Shown here: positions 9,544 to 18,136 of the stretch, piece after piece
Layout of the letters: the number at the start of each line of letters is the position of its first letter
How positions within the stretch are numbered: the first letter of the stretch is position 1
Sequence record: MG655269.1
Strand: one strand, 5' to 3'
Length of the DNA: 64,000 bases
Translations under genes and position numbers: made by a program
The notes under the pieces: model-generated
The model's database searches: none
What the model was told of the DNA's origin: nothing
What the model saw: only the letters and a program-made list of their open reading frames with translations

Positions 9544-11021
9544 CGCGGTACTGCGACCACACCGACCGTTACCCGGTTGATGAACTTGTTCAGCTCTTCA
9601 AAGAACGGTTTACGCATATCCGGGGTTGCACTGAATTGCTTCAGCAGCAATGCCACGTCATCGGCCGACTCAACATAGTTGCCATCGTTGAACTCGATCT
9701 TAGTCACCCAGTGGGCGTAACCACGCATGGAGGACAGCGCTGCCTGTTTGTTGATGTGCTGCTCACGCTGCTCACGCGTCATGCTGTCGTTGAAGCTGTC
9801 GGTGATCGCTTGTTGAATGCCGTTGATCCAGGCATAGCCCGCTGCATTCTTATCTTCGAGTGATGGCACCCGCAGATAGAACTTCACATCTTTCACAGTG
9901 ATGACATTGTCTTTCATCACTTCAAAGCCGGTCTGATAGGCAATGACCTGCTCGACGGTACGGCCGCTGAAGTGAGACATGTGCGCACGCTGGGTTGGTG
10001 ACAGACGATTGTTGTCAATGATCGACAGACGAGAGACGTTAACTTTCGCTGCTTCAACATGCACACACTTCTTCGGATCGGCGGCACAGGCAGTAACCAT
10101 GTGGTAGCCAGACTTAAAGCGTGCGCCCAGGTAGGCGTTAGCGATCAGATCAAGATCCTGCTCTTTGATTAACGGCAGCAGGGTTTTCTTATCGGAGACA
10201 CCGATGCTGCTGTCAGTGACCATACCCAGCAGGAAGTCAGTCATGTGCTTACGCACCACGACATCCAGGTTGTTAAACACCAGACCGTTGGTACGACGAC
10301 CGAGGATCGCTTTCTCAGCCATGATGGCGGTTTGCATATCCACAAACTCATCATCACCGGCAATCAGCAACGTAACCCAGATACCAGAATGTGGCAGCGG
10401 CAGATGGACATAGTCGCCCATGTTCATCACACCACGAGCACGCATCACTGCCTGTGGACCGGTCAGCAGTTTAGTGCCTTCGGTACTGCGCTTCACTGGC
10501 GGGCGAGAAACACCCTGCACTTTGTTGCTGTCAAGCAGAATACCTTGCAGCCACTGCGCGCCATCCTGACGAATGGTCAGATTCAGACCAGAACGGTACG
10601 ACAGGTTGGTGATGGCATTACTGGCCAGGGATAGCCAGATCATCGCTTTATCAGCACCGTACAGACTGACGATCTCTTTTAAGATCTTCTTGTCTTCGGT
10701 GTTGGTGTCGATCTCATTGATCAACGCCGTCGCTGCATCGTAATCCTGATGCATGATAGACAGCACACCTTCCGTGCCGACATCCTCCATGGAGTTCAGC
10801 TTTTCAATGATCGGGTTCTGATAGAGCGGATCGAACGCCTGCTCAACGGCTTCAACTTCAGGTGCTTCAGCTTCGCCCTGTTGGCTGGTTTCTGCTGGCT
10901 CGGGATCGGTGCCAATAGTACCAGTAGTCGCCGGACGGCCTGGATCAACTTCAGGAATACCAGAGTGGTTTTCTTCAACAGGCTCTTGCTGTGACAGAAT
11001 GGATGGGTTATCACCGGACAT
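9402..11021 (-). CDS. Putative tail/baseplate-hub assembly chaperone (T4 gp26-like Cys motifs)
   Basis: 539 aa; acidic disordered N-terminus; CAADPKKC and WKCPNC Cys pairs; syntenic position between helicase and vRNAP in phiKZ-like phages. Confidence 0.45.
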   Translation of the reverse strand: MSGDNPSILSQQEPVEENHSGIPEVDPGRPATTGTIGTDPEPAETSQQGEAEAPEVEAVEQAFDPLYQNPIIEKLNSMEDVGTEGVLSIMHQDYDAATALINEIDTNTEDKKILKEIVSLYGADKAMIWLSLASNAITNLSYRSGLNLTIRQDGAQWLQGILLDSNKVQGVSRPPVKRSTEGTKLLTGPQAVMRARGVMNMGDYVHLPLPHSGIWVTLLIAGDDEFVDMQTAIMAEKAILGRRTNGLVFNNLDVVVRKHMTDFLLGMVTDSSIGVSDKKTLLPLIKEQDLDLIANAYLGARFKSGYHMVTACAADPKKCVHVEAAKVNVSRLSIIDNNRLSPTQRAHMSHFSGRTVEQVIAYQTGFEVMKDNVITVKDVKFYLRVPSLEDKNAAGYAWINGIQQAITDSFNDSMTREQREQHINKQAALSSMRGYAHWVTKIEFNDGNYVESADDVALLLKQFSATPDMRKPFFEELNKFINRVTVGVVAVPRWKCPNCQARQPLVSNTFPAYTPLNVARVFFTLMTNTLNQTFDQADI

Positions 11022-11038
11022 TATGCTTATCCTTACCT

Positions 11039-11506
11039 TTACTTTTTAGTGGGGTCGACCTGAACCGGGTCATTGAGTTTGCTTGCTGCGCCAGCGGCAA
11101 CCGCGTTAGCATGGGCGCTGTCTGACATGGTCAGAATGGCAGCACCGTGACGCTGCATCGCATCCAGCAATTTACTTTGCAGGACGATGTATTGTTCGTG
11201 CACACTGAGGAAGTCAGCGATGGTGCTGTCATGCAAGGCATAACCGGCTTTGCCTTGATGCTGCTGCTTGATCATCGGCAGTGTTTCATCGATCTCTTTG
11301 ACTACAGCCAGCGCCGCTTCGATGTGCGAGCTTAACGCAGAGGGGTTTGGCTGAAAGCGAATGATGTTGGTGTTGACGGCCATGAGACAAGTATTGCTCA
11401 GCTCATTGCGCAAATTAATCGTATAAGTTGCCGCAGAATCCAGGTACTCCCAGAACTGATCGGGCTGATGGACCTCTGGTGCGAGAGGCGGTTCATTGGT
11501 TGACAT
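11039..11506 (-). CDS. Hypothetical helical protein
   Basis: AAGGA RBS; 155 aa; co-oriented with the downstream gene. Confidence 0.7.
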   Translation of the reverse strand: MSTNEPPLAPEVHQPDQFWEYLDSAATYTINLRNELSNTCLMAVNTNIIRFQPNPSALSSHIEAALAVVKEIDETLPMIKQQHQGKAGYALHDSTIADFLSVHEQYIVLQSKLLDAMQRHGAAILTMSDSAHANAVAAGAASKLNDPVQVDPTKK

Positions 11507-11598
11507 AACGGGTCCTTGAGGTGATTTATCTTGTGGCTTACATATATTGACACTACTAATGTCAACAATTACAACGTTTATACGGAAAAGGCGCGGTC

Positions 11599-12510
11599 AT
11601 GAGTGATTTTACTGACTTAACGAAATTGAAGACCGAATTACCACAAAACATCCAAAAGATTGATGAGCAGGATGATGTGGGTGACTTCAGCGATCTTAAC
11701 GACTACCTCATGACCATCATTCCGGATGAACGGCGTGAGCGCTTGATCGCGATCTGTCAAAACTTGAGCACCCTGCAGTACCATCAAGTCCAGCCCGATG
11801 TGGATCGGTTACTGATGATGGCTAACGACGGTGAAGCGCCGTCGGTACTCGATGACCTGACCCGGTTGTTATTTGAACACGCTTATGACTTAACGAAAAA
11901 CATGGGCTTTAACTGGGCTGATGAGATTGAGTTTGATCAGCTGTTCCTGCTCGGTGATGTAATCGAAGGTGCCATGTTGATTGATGGCATGGAAGACTAC
12001 GGCGACCTCTCAGCGATCCTGGATGGCGATGACTCGGTTGAAGAGAAGGTGGTGGATATCTGGGGCCTGGTGCTCGACAAAGACATGCACCATCTCTTTG
12101 AACAAATCCAGTCCATCGAACCGGCAGTGATCAGCGGGATCAAACAAGTCACGACCCGCCCGTATGCCGAAGACGATTATGCAGATGTGCAACGTCCACT
12201 TGAGTTCGTGGTTGAGCGGTTGGTGAAAGTCCGTGAGATGATGAAGACCGATGGCATTGCTTACCAGCATGTGGCCAAGGGCGGGGCATTAGGCGTTGAA
12301 CTCGATTCACTGATTACGCTATACACCCCTGAGTTGAATGCCGTAACCGATCCGATCGAACTGACCGACCTGCTGGTTGCCTTTACCCTGATCAGCAACA
12401 CCCCAGATGGTTTGGTGAAATCCACCGCATCCCGGCTGGCAGAAAAATGGATTGATGATATCGAAGTCATCAATGTGGTAGGTAAACATATCGACAGGTA
12501 TCCCGTGTGA
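11599..12510 (+). CDS. Acidic conserved jumbo-phage protein (probably virion-associated)
   Basis: 303 aa; coupled by GTGA overlap to the vRNAP subunit gene. Confidence 0.6.
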   Translation: MSDFTDLTKLKTELPQNIQKIDEQDDVGDFSDLNDYLMTIIPDERRERLIAICQNLSTLQYHQVQPDVDRLLMMANDGEAPSVLDDLTRLLFEHAYDLTKNMGFNWADEIEFDQLFLLGDVIEGAMLIDGMEDYGDLSAILDGDDSVEEKVVDIWGLVLDKDMHHLFEQIQSIEPAVISGIKQVTTRPYAEDDYADVQRPLEFVVERLVKVREMMKTDGIAYQHVAKGGALGVELDSLITLYTPELNAVTDPIELTDLLVAFTLISNTPDGLVKSTASRLAEKWIDDIEVINVVGKHIDRYPV

Positions 12511-13817
12511 ATATTCGCGACTATTTAATCATGGCCTTTCGGGCAGGGGCTTACAAGCAACGCCAGTGGGTGTTGAGTGTCATGAGTATCACCCAGACCC
12601 CGGATGGTAAATCCGTAGCAGACAGTATGATCCCGTATCAGGCACACCGCATCAACATCGGTGCGACACTCGACTGGGCTTACTGGGATGACTTCAACAA
12701 AACCTTTGTGCCGATTGAGGGAGTGGATGTTAACTTCCCGTTGTTTCGACCCGAGGATCAATACACACTACAACCTGGGGATTTCGCCAATGTCACTGAA
12801 GAAGTTACTACTACTTTCGGCCGTATTCTGGCTAACCATTATTATTTTATCGATGTGGTCGGTGAACGTGTCCCCTTTCAGAACGTAGAATTCAACCGCG
12901 GGATGCTGGAGAAGATCTACAAGGCCCGGGTATTAGAAGACGCCCAGGACTTGCGGCGTTCTGATCCGTTCTACCTGACCGTCGATGAATTCAAACGCTC
13001 CGTGGATAATGGCTTTGCCTTGGGTGGGTTGTCGAAACTTTGTGTACCGACTGCCTGTCCGGAAACCATGTATCCGCCGAAGTTCATCATCGAGATGCGT
13101 GACCGTCTGTTTGAAGAACACAAGGATGAGCTCAACAACCCGGTCGTCATGGGGCGTATTCAGGATGAGCTGTTAAAGCACTACCGTGAGTTCCTGATGT
13201 CCACCCCGTCAGCCAAGTTCTTTGTGATCAAGAAGACCATCGACCAGGCCTTCAACAACATGTTCCTGACCGGCGGTATTGCGGGGGCTTTTGGCGGTAA
13301 CACTGTTATTACCAACTCGCTGTACGAAGGCTGGAACCTGAAGAACTTCCCGGCGTTAGTGAATGGCTCTATCGAAGCTTCCTTTGACCGTGGTGCAGCT
13401 ACAGCTGATGGCGGCGAGAAAGTGAAGATGTTGATCCGTGCCACGCAGAACATCCGTATCACCGATGATGATTGTGGAACTCAGCTTGGGGTGCCGTGGG
13501 TGATTGAAGATGCCGGCAAGGCACGCTTCATTAACTCTTACATACTGGATAAGGGTGTGACGATTCTGTTAACTCCGGAGAACATTGATAAGTTCGTCGG
13601 TAAACCAGTCATGACCCGTTCACCCAGCTTCTGTAAGAAATCCCATGGCGACTCCTGTAAGTTCTGCGTCGGTGCGCATAACGCCACCAACCCACGCGGG
13701 ATGTCTTCTGGTACCTCGAAGATCGGTTCTACCCTGATGTTGTTATCGATGAAAGCGATGCATAAAGGCAGTAAGATCGATCTGATCGAGTATAACCTTG
13801 ATGAGGTCTTTAACTGA
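12507..13817 (+). CDS. Virion RNA polymerase beta'-like subunit, C-terminal part (phiKZ gp80-like)
   Basis: beta' C-terminal motifs ITDDDCGT and RSPSFC-x6-C-x2-C-x-G (Zn site); trigger-loop-like GSTLMLLSMKAMH. Confidence 0.88.
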   Translation: MNIRDYLIMAFRAGAYKQRQWVLSVMSITQTPDGKSVADSMIPYQAHRINIGATLDWAYWDDFNKTFVPIEGVDVNFPLFRPEDQYTLQPGDFANVTEEVTTTFGRILANHYYFIDVVGERVPFQNVEFNRGMLEKIYKARVLEDAQDLRRSDPFYLTVDEFKRSVDNGFALGGLSKLCVPTACPETMYPPKFIIEMRDRLFEEHKDELNNPVVMGRIQDELLKHYREFLMSTPSAKFFVIKKTIDQAFNNMFLTGGIAGAFGGNTVITNSLYEGWNLKNFPALVNGSIEASFDRGAATADGGEKVKMLIRATQNIRITDDDCGTQLGVPWVIEDAGKARFINSYILDKGVTILLTPENIDKFVGKPVMTRSPSFCKKSHGDSCKFCVGAHNATNPRGMSSGTSKIGSTLMLLSMKAMHKGSKIDLIEYNLDEVFN

Positions 13818-13826
13818 GGATATCTG

Positions 13827-13841
13827 AAACCTACATTATAA
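13827..13841 (+). promoter_or_regulatory. Candidate early promoter
   Basis: AAACCTACATTATAG at the start of the accessory block. Confidence 0.5.
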
Positions 13842-13871
13842 GAGGGAGATAACTTTTATAAGGAACGTACC

Positions 13872-14588
13872 ATGTATGGTTTATTAATCCTCGCCTTGCC
13901 TCAGTCACCGTACGTCCACATGAGTGCGATGACTGCGGACAGGTTTACTGAACTGCTCCCACAACTCCAGAAAGAGCTCGATGCAGATATCTTTCCTAAT
14001 GTGTGTTTCCAGGGTGCATTCAATGTCAGTAATACCCGTACGGTCACTCAGCTGTTTATTCCGTGTAGCGGATTGGTGGCGGCACGGGAGTTGGGGTATG
14101 AACAGATCCGCAATATTCTCGCCAACCCAGAGAAGGAAGTCCAGCATGTCACCAACATCGGTGATTGGCTGGGTATTCCTGGTAAGGTGATGTTTGATAA
14201 TGCGGATGGATCTGTGGATGAGGTCGTTGTGACTGACATGTACAAATATCTGGTACATGAAAGAAGAGAGCGCTCTGTCTTTCGGTTCAGTCCTATTGAT
14301 CTTAGTATAACCGATACCGAACCATTACCAACTCACCTCTACCCACGTGATCATTTCTACGACCAGGTCTACCTCGATAAAGACGGTGAGCGTGCTTTCC
14401 TGTCTTATGGGTCGTGTGGTGAAGAAGGCTGTGTCATAGAACCCAGAGAAGAGAAACCCGTGCAAGTGTACGGCGTTACCTACTCGTCACTGGATGAAGT
14501 GGCCCGATGCTATAACCTGCCTGAACAGTACGTGAAAGAACGCGTTGAATCTGACAGCCTTGAATGGCTGGAGTGGTCATATTTGTAA
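13872..14588 (+). CDS. Degenerate GIY-YIG/NUMOD1-like protein, paralog of 18137..18919
   Basis: Shares TNIGDWL, VTD(M/L)xKYL and C-terminal G-x-x-YSS-x-x-E(V/L)A with 18137..18919. Confidence 0.5.
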   Translation: MYGLLILALPQSPYVHMSAMTADRFTELLPQLQKELDADIFPNVCFQGAFNVSNTRTVTQLFIPCSGLVAARELGYEQIRNILANPEKEVQHVTNIGDWLGIPGKVMFDNADGSVDEVVVTDMYKYLVHERRERSVFRFSPIDLSITDTEPLPTHLYPRDHFYDQVYLDKDGERAFLSYGSCGEEGCVIEPREEKPVQVYGVTYSSLDEVARCYNLPEQYVKERVESDSLEWLEWSYL

Positions 14589-14716
14589 AAGTATTTGGGG
14601 ATGAGACGCAGAGCTGATTCCCATCTACGGTAAGTTGTTCAAGGAAGCAGCAAACCGGTTATAAAAAATGAAAGGGTTTTCGTAAGATAGTCAGTGCTCC
14701 GTACCCGAGACAATAC

Positions 14717-14914
14717 ATGACCACAAACCCGCAGTTTATTTTCGTGGCTCAGAATTCTGATGCTACACACAGCGTAGAGAAACTGGAAGTAGGACGCGAT
14801 ACCGATACCCAGAAGAACCTCACGGAACTTCGTAAAGGTTTGCCGTTCGACTTCTCGTTTATCATGTCTGAAGAGGCGATCTATCAACTTCGACAGGCAG
14901 GGCACATCAACTAA
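14717..14914 (+). CDS. Small hypothetical protein
   Basis: 65 aa ORF between neighbours; weak RBS. Confidence 0.5.
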   Translation: MTTNPQFIFVAQNSDATHSVEKLEVGRDTDTQKNLTELRKGLPFDFSFIMSEEAIYQLRQAGHIN

Positions 14915-14929
14915 ACTGCTGAGGTAGTC

Positions 14930-15382
14930 ATGACGAACAAATCGGAGATCTCACACGGTGGTGGTGATCAGCCTATGGAAAAAGAGCAAAGCAACTTATC
15001 CGTACTGGTGAACTACTCCACAGGTGTGATGGAAGGTGACCGTTTTAATTACTCGGTTGCATTGGCGCTGTTGAAAGACGGCATCAAAGTGAAACGCGAA
15101 GACTGGAAGAACGCTTTCCTGGTGTTCGTCCCGGGTAGTCAGAATGTTGAACTGCCAAAAGGGTCGCCGTATGAAGTCGCACTCCACGGTAAGAAGTCCG
15201 TTGCCAATATTCGTCCGCACATCGATCTGTACACGGAGTACGGTGAATTCGAAGTCGGTTGGACCGCCAACCAGGAAGACACCAACGCCGATGACTGGAT
15301 GATTGTCTTAGACAAGAACACCAATCAAGACGACAGTGCCGACGAAGAGAAAGAGTCCTCAAACGACGACTCGAAGTCATAA
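14930..15382 (+). CDS. DUF2829 (Tad2-like) domain protein
   Basis: Pattern F-x-x-x-x-AL-x-x-LK-x-G-x-KV-x-R-x-x-W ... RPHI ... W-x-x-x-Q-x-D-x-x-ADDW is typical of DUF2829. Confidence 0.75.
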   Translation: MTNKSEISHGGGDQPMEKEQSNLSVLVNYSTGVMEGDRFNYSVALALLKDGIKVKREDWKNAFLVFVPGSQNVELPKGSPYEVALHGKKSVANIRPHIDLYTEYGEFEVGWTANQEDTNADDWMIVLDKNTNQDDSADEEKESSNDDSKS

Positions 15383-15387
15383 ACCCC

Positions 15388-15415
15388 AGGAGAGCTTCGG
15401 CTCTCCTTTTATGCC
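15388..15415 (+). terminator. Hairpin with TTTATGCC tail
   Basis: AGGAGAGC-TTCG-GCTCTCCT followed by TTTATGCC. Confidence 0.8.
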
Positions 15416-15431
15416 CATTAAGGAACATGTC

Positions 15432-15791
15432 ATGAGTGAAAAGAAAGCGTTCGAAGTGGTATTAGACAGTCGTCATGAACCGTACGAGGCTTACCAGTTA
15501 TTAGTGGCGCGTATCAATACGTTATTACGCACCGGTCAAGGCTACCATGAAGTGAAACTCACGAAATGGCAGCTTTACGATAACGGTCTTCTTATCAAAG
15601 GAGATGATGATGTGCATATCTCCTTGTTGCGTCATTTCTATTACGATAAGCAACGCAATACATTTGGTGGTGGCTTCATGACCTTTGAAATCCTGGAAGA
15701 TCTGGGTCGTTACTACAAAGTGTCCGATATCACAGAAGGGATGAGCGAGAACGTTGGTCTCGTCTTTACGATCACGGTAACCACACCATAA
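15432..15791 (+). CDS. Hypothetical protein, tandem paralog 1 of 4
   Basis: AAGGA RBS; motif VKLTKWQLYDNGLLIKGD. Confidence 0.7.
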   Translation: MSEKKAFEVVLDSRHEPYEAYQLLVARINTLLRTGQGYHEVKLTKWQLYDNGLLIKGDDDVHISLLRHFYYDKQRNTFGGGFMTFEILEDLGRYYKVSDITEGMSENVGLVFTITVTTP

Positions 15792-15800
15792 GAGGTTTAG

Positions 15801-16166
15801 ATGAAACCACTCTTCGCCATGAAGTTCGATACCCGTGATGCGTCATTTACCAGTCAGCTGGATTTACTGCAATCCCGTATCAAGAGCTTCTCTAAACGTG
15901 GCACAACGATTAAGGATGTGGCAGTCACTAGTTGGCAGCTGTTTTCAAACAACATGGTGGTGGCTGGCGACGACCCCGCCTACGTCACCATCATCCACAA
16001 CTACCAGTATGACATTGAACAGCAGTGTGTAGTTGGTGGCGCCAGCGCGGTAGATACTCTCAGAGAGATCTGGTCGGCATATGGTCCTGACTCGACACTC
16101 CCACGTTACGGGTCTGTGCCGGGTGCTATCGATATTCAATACACGATTACTGTGTTCACTATTTAA
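15801..16166 (+). CDS. Hypothetical protein, tandem paralog 2 of 4
   Basis: GAGG RBS; motif VAVTSWQLFSNNMVVAGD. Confidence 0.7.
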   Translation: MKPLFAMKFDTRDASFTSQLDLLQSRIKSFSKRGTTIKDVAVTSWQLFSNNMVVAGDDPAYVTIIHNYQYDIEQQCVVGGASAVDTLREIWSAYGPDSTLPRYGSVPGAIDIQYTITVFTI

Positions 16167-16179
16167 AGGAGATACCCGT

Positions 16180-16572
16180 ATGGGAGTTTCTACTGCTGCT
16201 GCTCGTCGTTCTAAAGAAGGGGTGTTTACCCGGAGTATTGAAGTGCGTCATGATCACTGGAAACGGGACATCACGGATTTAGGACTGGATGTCCATAACC
16301 TGGTGTTGTGTAAACAGGAGATCGTATCCGTTACCCTCACTGCCTGGCGGGCGTATGATGAGTGCGGTGTATTGCGCGGCAGTGCCAAAGAGTTGAAGTT
16401 AGACATTACGGAATGGTTCCTCGGTGACAAAGGCCCGGTCATTAATGATGCGATCAAACCTCTCACGTTTGCCTTCATCATTAATCAACAACGCAGCCAA
16501 CGCACGCCCTGGGTAAAAGATGTCCGCTTAGGGCTTAACCTGTCCATTGTCTACAAGAGGATTCAGCAATAA
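16180..16572 (+). CDS. Hypothetical protein, tandem paralog 3 of 4
   Basis: AAGGAG RBS before ATG 16180; motif VTLTAWRAYDECGVLRG. Confidence 0.65.
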   Translation: MGVSTAAARRSKEGVFTRSIEVRHDHWKRDITDLGLDVHNLVLCKQEIVSVTLTAWRAYDECGVLRGSAKELKLDITEWFLGDKGPVINDAIKPLTFAFIINQQRSQRTPWVKDVRLGLNLSIVYKRIQQ

Positions 16573-16916
16573 TGGAAATTGTCCACCAACTCGATCTTAG
16601 CCACGGCTGGGAGCCCTTCAACCGCCTGAAAGCCGCCTTTGCCAAGAAACCCCCGGAGGCAATCTACATCACTGCCTGGGTTGCTCATGGTTATAAAGGA
16701 AACCTCATCGGTGATGAGCAAGTGGCGAAAGGGTCGTGTCAGGAGTGCCGGATTGATGTGACCCACATCTTCTTCCCCAGTCGGCCTGAGATCTTGATTG
16801 GTTTGTCGAGCTTCATTAACACTATTAACCGTGACGGGCCGGTGAAGATCCCGGCCTGGACCGGATCGATTACTCTTTGTCTTGAATTAGCGATAAGTTA
16901 TACGGATAGAATTTAA
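16572..16916 (+). CDS. Hypothetical protein, tandem paralog 4 of 4 (most divergent)
   Basis: TAATG coupling; motif IYITAWVAHGYKGNLIGD. Confidence 0.6.
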   Translation: MEIVHQLDLSHGWEPFNRLKAAFAKKPPEAIYITAWVAHGYKGNLIGDEQVAKGSCQECRIDVTHIFFPSRPEILIGLSSFINTINRDGPVKIPAWTGSITLCLELAISYTDRI

Positions 16917-17023
16917 TCGGCATATATTCTGTCTCGTTAGCGTAAGCTCGCTAAAAACCCTTTTAAAGTTTTGTATAACAAACTATCAACTTTGTAGAAA
17001 GAAACAAATAGGAAATTAATCTC

Positions 17024-17734
17024 ATGTTGCATGAAAACTTTGAAGCCTTAGTGGCGAACATCGCCAACCAAATCAATCAGCTGGAACCCGAGGATCTGCC
17101 GTCACTGATCCTGACCAAGAGCGAGGTCTACATCAACGACAAGCGACACGATCGCACGCGTCTACTGCTGAACCTGTTTACCCCACAACCCGGGCACACG
17201 CACGACGTGACCTTCGATCAAGAGCTGCAGGATGCCTTCGCTCACAACAACCTGGAGTTTATCAAAGTCGGTGAAGGGATCGCCTACGGACTACTGCGTA
17301 CCAGTATCGTTAACAACGAACCCGCAGTGTTCTGGATTCACGCTGATGTCTCCGATGATGCATCATTACTGAAGCAAGCCTGGGATATCATCACCGACCT
17401 GAAGAAGAATGCGGGTTACCCCCAGGCGTTTAACATTGACGTGCTCGACGTAAGCTGGCATGCGTTAAGCTGGGCACAACTGCTGGGGACTTTGCTTGAC
17501 CGCACTGACCCGACACGCCGGTTCCGTTTGGCAACTAACCCCGACTACGATTTTGTGTTATCCCAGAAAGCCATCACGTATTACCAGGAGACGTTGAGTA
17601 AACGTCCGATGGCACCGGTTGCTTACCTCGATGACACTAACCTGTTTAATGGTGGCGACTTTAACGACAGTGATCGCAACTGGGCAATCGCCCCGAACGA
17701 CAGCACCCGTCCTATCGTGAAGGTGTATGTTTAA
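17024..17734 (+). CDS. Hypothetical protein
   Basis: AGGA RBS after an AT-rich intergenic region; 236 aa. Confidence 0.75.
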   Translation: MLHENFEALVANIANQINQLEPEDLPSLILTKSEVYINDKRHDRTRLLLNLFTPQPGHTHDVTFDQELQDAFAHNNLEFIKVGEGIAYGLLRTSIVNNEPAVFWIHADVSDDASLLKQAWDIITDLKKNAGYPQAFNIDVLDVSWHALSWAQLLGTLLDRTDPTRRFRLATNPDYDFVLSQKAITYYQETLSKRPMAPVAYLDDTNLFNGGDFNDSDRNWAIAPNDSTRPIVKVYV

Positions 17735-17792
17735 ATAAACACAAGCTCCAGATGGTATACTTGGAAACATTTATTGATCTGGAGCCCCAATC

Positions 17793-18092
17793 ATGCAAAA
17801 CAATGACGATGTGGTGCCGATGCACTATAACCACAACGTGGACATGAACAACCCGCTCGACGTGGATGAAGAGGCGTTAAAAGTTCGCTTTGCCGCACGC
17901 CTGTGCAGCTTCCTTGATCTTGCCGAGCAACTGAATAAGGATGACTTAACCCAAAACGATATCAGTCAGTTCACCGTCGGTATCGTAAACTTAGTGTGTG
18001 ACTCAATGGGCAGTAGTCCCAAACGAGACCTTTACAGGAGACAGATGGTTGACAAACTTGAACCTGTTCTGTCGAGGCATCTGATTAAATAG
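17793..18092 (+). CDS. Hypothetical protein
   Basis: GGAG RBS; 99 aa. Confidence 0.65.
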   Translation: MQNNDDVVPMHYNHNVDMNNPLDVDEEALKVRFAARLCSFLDLAEQLNKDDLTQNDISQFTVGIVNLVCDSMGSSPKRDLYRRQMVDKLEPVLSRHLIK

Positions 18093-18136
18093 TCGGAGGC
18101 GTGACGGAACGCGACTACATTGCAGTATAAAAGGAT

